This document shows, piece by piece, positions 59,972 to 64,000 of a DNA stretch of 64,000 nucleotides. Origin of the DNA: Cyanophora paradoxa CCMP329 (taxonomy: Eukaryota > Plantae > Glaucophyta); NCBI GenBank assembly GCA_004431415.1, contig QPMI01000005.1, positions 930,001 through 994,000 of the forward strand, written 5' to 3'. The translations under genes were made by a program, and so were the position numbers. Positions within the stretch are counted from its first letter, which is position 1, and each line of letters begins with the position of its first letter. Below the pieces are notes generated by a model. The model saw only the letters and a program-made list of their open reading frames with translations. It did no database searches and was not told the DNA's origin.

Positions 59972-60480
59972 GGCGCCACTGCCTACGGAGCAACCCGTGG
60001 GCAGTTCATCGTCAACATCAGCCCGGCACGATCGGCGACCAGCAGCGATGCGGGCGCATCGACAGTAGCTCTAGAACATCATTTCAGCGTCGATCGGCGA
60101 CCCCCGCGCACCGGCGAGCCCGGATCGGCATGCGATCGGGACGCACACAGCGATCAGCCACAGCGAGCCGGCAGGCTCTCCGTCAGCTCACCGAAAACGT
60201 AGAACTAGCTCTTGAGAACTGCTAAATGCGGTCGGACGCGCCCTCCCGTCGCCCTCGCCGACGGACGTCGCAGATCTTGTCCGGATCTCGGAGGGACAAC
60301 CTCGATGCCCATGCTAGTACGCGCCCCCTGCGGCGCCGCGCCGCGCGCACGGCCTCGCGCAGACGAAAGAAGACCTGTACGATGACCGGCGACCCGCGAG
60401 CCTCGCCCAAGACCGAGGCGTACATCGAGCCTGGTCGATCGGCCGTGCTGGCCCTCGCGAGCCTTGCACCCCGAGCCCGG

Positions 60481-60768
60481 CGCTCCGCGCCCGAGTTCAT
60501 CATGGCCTGTGCTGTCGCTGCGCACGCGCACGGCCTCCCGGGGTGCGCGCCGCGCCTCGCCCGTGAGATTTGATCTGCTGGGGTCGGCAGATTTGATCTG
60601 CTGGGGTCGGCCGCGGACCTCGCTCGCTCCGCGCCCGAGTTCATCATGGCCCGTGCTGTCGCTGCGCACGCGCTCGGCCTCCCGGGGTGCGCGCCGCGCC
60701 TCGCCCGTGAGATTTGATCTGCTGGGGTCGGCAGATTTGATCTGCTGGGGTCGGCCGCGGACCTCGCT
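60481..60768. repeat. 144-bp tandem duplication with internal AGATTTGATCTGCTGGGGTCGGC doublets
   Basis: Units 60481-60624 and 60625-60768. Confidence 0.85.
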
Positions 60769-61043
60769 CGCGCCGCGCGGCACTAAGCGCGGGCGGCCGC
60801 CGGCCACCTATAGAGCCCGGCGAGCCGCTCGCACGCAGATCTTTCAGCGGAGGAGACGTGGGGCAGCCGCGTGGCTTAGCCTGGCGCCCACGGCCGCGGG
60901 CTGAGGTTCTGGCTCAGCGCGGTTACGACTGGGCGTGCTGCTCTCGCAAATAAAGCGCAAACACGATCCGGGGGCAGATTGCTCCGGTTTCGTGCGATGT
61001 GAGCTTGCTCACCTCGGCTGCCTGCGGCACCGAGCGACGGCCG

Positions 61044-61288
61044 GAGAGAAAGCGAACCGGGACCGAGGCAGACTGCTCGAGTCACCGCTGCATCGCTAGC
61101 CGCCCGAAGCAGCGCTCTACTACTGCGTAGTGAGCCTGTCTTCTTGAAAGGGCGTGCTTGATCAGCCGACGATGGAGATGAGAGAAAGCGAACCGGGACC
61201 GAGGCAGACTGCTCGAGTCACCGCTGCATCGCTAGCCACCCGAAGCAGCGCTCTACTACTGCGTAGTGAGCCTGTCTTCTTGAAAGGG
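61044..61288. repeat. 109-bp direct repeat x2
   Basis: 61044-61152 and 61180-61288. Confidence 0.85.
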
Positions 61289-64000
61289 TGTGCTCGACCG
61301 TGGACGGCGAGGACGCTGGAATCCGAGCGTGGACATTCTGCGCGATAAGCTTGGCTTTACGCTGCGAGCTTTTCGTGTGAAGAATGTCCCCCGGAATTTT
61401 GTGTGAAGAATGTCCTCTGTACTCTATAGCTAGTGCAGACTCTTGGCCAGAACACTGAGATCACGAGCTCGAGCTCCGAGCTCGAGGCTTTTTCGAATTC
61501 ACGCCGACCAGCGCGCAGCGCTCGTGACCCGGTGACCGCGCCGCGCGAGATGATCAGCTGCGCATGCAGGCCTCGCCCAATTGCAATTGCAATTTCTGAG
61601 CTATCCGGCGCCTGGTACACCGGTGACTCATGATCAGTTCGGCCCTGATCACTGATCATATGCATGAGCCTAGCTCTGATCCAGATCCGGAGCATATGCA
61701 TGCCAGCCGCTGATCATGAGCTGCGTGCATGCCGCTGCAGCCTGGCAGGCTCCACGGCTAGCTGCTCAGGAACACATGTACAACCAGTACTGCCATATGC
61801 ATGGCAAGGCTGCAAAACAAAAGCCTGGAGACGTCGACAGAGCTCGCGATCGATCGAGGCCCAATTGCAAGCTCGAGCGCTAGCTCCGGCTCCAGCCCAA
61901 GGCCTACTAGGCGTGAATCCCGCGGCCCGGCCGCGACCACCAGCTGCTGATCATGAGCCGCGGCAGCCGGCCCTAGGCCTCACGCTGCCAGGCTGCGCGC
62001 TAAAAGTGGCATCACCGCCTTGAATTCTCTCCAAGATTCTATTGCAAGCACCGCGGACGGTGCTAGCAAGAAGGGGGAGTGGACGCCGTGAGGGCAAACA
62101 GGGCAAGCCGCAAAATCAAAGGCTCGATTGCGAGCTCGAGCTCGTGGCCCGGCTGCGCGCGCGGCCCAGCGACGTGCCTTCGAATTCAAGGCTCTAGCTA
62201 CGGGGCGACCCCGGCTCCAGCGCTAGCCTTAATTACACTGCACATGCTACTGTAGGCACAGCTCAGTCCCCCGAGCCCTCAGGGCCTGGGCCCTCGGAGA
62301 GCGGACCCTAGCCTGATCATGAAGCCCATCTGAGCTTGCTGTTCGCACGAGCCGCTGAGCTTCAAAGGCTTTTCAGAAGCTCCGGTTCTCGCTCCGGGAC
62401 ATCACCGGGTACCTGCCTGCAGGCTGCCGCTGCTTTCTCGTGGGCTCAAACACCAGCCCCGGGCTCGCTCAAGCTTCTGGCCACGAGCGTCAGCGCCGGC
62501 CGCGGGGAAGCCGGCCGGCTCAAGCTCGAGCTCGCTGGGAGAGTCGCCGCTGCGGCCCAGGTTCAGCCACCAAGCCTAGCTATAGGCCATGAAGCCTTGA
62601 GGCTGCAAGCCGCGTTACAGCTGAGCCTGTGACCGGCCCGGATCTCGAGTCTCAGATCATCGGATCTAGATCTAGAGGTCGCACACAAGACGCCCCTCTC
62701 GCACTCACAGCCTTGAACTTGGGCTCCGTGGCTCGCGATCCGATGATCGCCAAGTTGGGCGTGCATGCCGCCAAGTGCCGCCGGGCCGATCATTACGCCA
62801 GTGCCCCGCACGGCCGTCGAATTGTACCCACGGCTGGGCAGCAGCCGCCGCCAGGGTCTATAGCGAGGCCCATGGCTCGCCCTCGGCGTGCCACGCGTAC
62901 GGTGCACTTCAAATCGCTTTTCGCAGTGCCGCCGTAGCGCGAGCTGCCAGCGTACTGCTTATCCGCCGGGCTATCATGGTATACCGTTTTCGCAGCAGGG
63001 CCCTTCGGGATCCGATGATCCGGCCCGCGAAACCGGGAAATTCACCCCGCACGAGCCTCGAGCTCGGCCGCGGAGGCCCCTTGCCTTCGACCCCCTACGA
63101 GTTTTCTTGCGGTGAAGCATGCGAAATTCGAATGACTCCGACGGCGCCGTGCTGGCGTCGCCTGCCGCTGCGTGCACAGCTGCAGCTGCCGATCGGCGTT
63201 GCAAGCACGGATCCAATTGCAACGCCCAGCAAGCACGGGTCCAAGCACGGATCCCTACAAGCTTAAGGCCCAGCCGCTGGCGGCGCCTCGCGCGCCAAGC
63301 CTGTCCCCTGCGGCTTCGATTCCTGGCCAGGGCCCCACAACCCAGCGGCCACGCGCTTCGCGGCTGCAAATCGCTTTGCATTCGCAAACCGAACTCGGCT
63401 GCAGCTGCAGCTGCACTCAGTGACTGCGGCAGCTGGGCACGGACTCAGATCGCAACTGCAGCTAGCGCTGACTACCCCGCGCCGTGGCACCCGGCCCGTG
63501 GCAGCTAATTCGAAGCGAAAAGCCTCCTCGGCCCCCCAAGCTGCCGCTTGAGCTCCTGCAACCCGCGGCCCTGGCCCAGTAGCGCGGCCTGGGGCTCAGC
63601 GGCTGGTCATGAGCCTCGGAGATCTAGCGAATGCCCTGCGAGCCCGGGCGCATGTACAGCGCCGGAACCTCGCGATCGCGTGCGCAGCCGCGGCCACGAT
63701 CGACTCGCAATATCGATCGGCGAGCTCGAGGCCCGGCCGCCGGGCGCATCACCCTCGCCGAATAGGCGCGCGCTTGGCTGCGAGCACCACGGCGGTGCTG
63801 GCGACCTGGCCGCTGAGTGGCCGCCGGACTCGGGACGCGCGAGGCTGCACAAGCCGACCGCCGGACGTAACCGCCGGCGCCGGCGCCCTGAGCCTCCTCG
63901 AACGCAACCCCGCTGCAGCCGTCCTCTTAAGCCTGCGCCCGCCGCCCCAGCGCTAGCGGCATATTTTCGCGACCGAGCGCGAAACTAGGTCCCAAGACTC

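Noticed and set aside
60000-64000. Protein-coding genes in the right flank
   Set aside because: No recognisable domains or consistent exon structure; it looks like degenerate repeat-derived DNA.
1-64000. rRNA, tRNA or telomeric repeats
   Set aside because: None recognised.

Overview
This is a eukaryotic (protist-like) GC-rich, intron-rich genomic window with four zones. (1) 1-~6626 is the right end of an AT-rich, intronless endogenous DNA virus-like element. It carries four paralogous fibre-like genes (shared N-terminal module, swapped C-termini, two with C1q domains), a small phage-like partner gene, a Zn-ribbon gene and an AdoMet decarboxylase. Its ~1.2 kb non-coding terminus has iteron-like arrays and a perfect 26-bp terminal hairpin whose loop holds three tandem GCGAAGC mini-hairpins, and it is inserted inside an exon of a host multi-TM gene. 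(2) ~6.6-14.1 kb holds the disrupted TM gene, a paralogous 3' fragment, an orphan IFT56/TTC26 exon, a hAT relic and several MITEs. (3) 14.1-48 kb is a giant multi-exon signal-peptide gene (LamG-like, FN3, WD40, CUB-like, IPT/TIG, SEA-like, beta-helix). Its 5' 11.1 kb is tandemly duplicated, with an indel pattern that suggests an assembly artefact. (4) 48245-59971 is a minus-strand tyrosine-recombinase retrotransposon (PAT/Ngaro-type split direct repeats) with a ~316-bp monomer array, followed by degenerate repeats. No capsid, polymerase or integrase gene of the virus lies in the window, so its class is unresolved. All domain calls come from motif recognition by eye, not from database searches.
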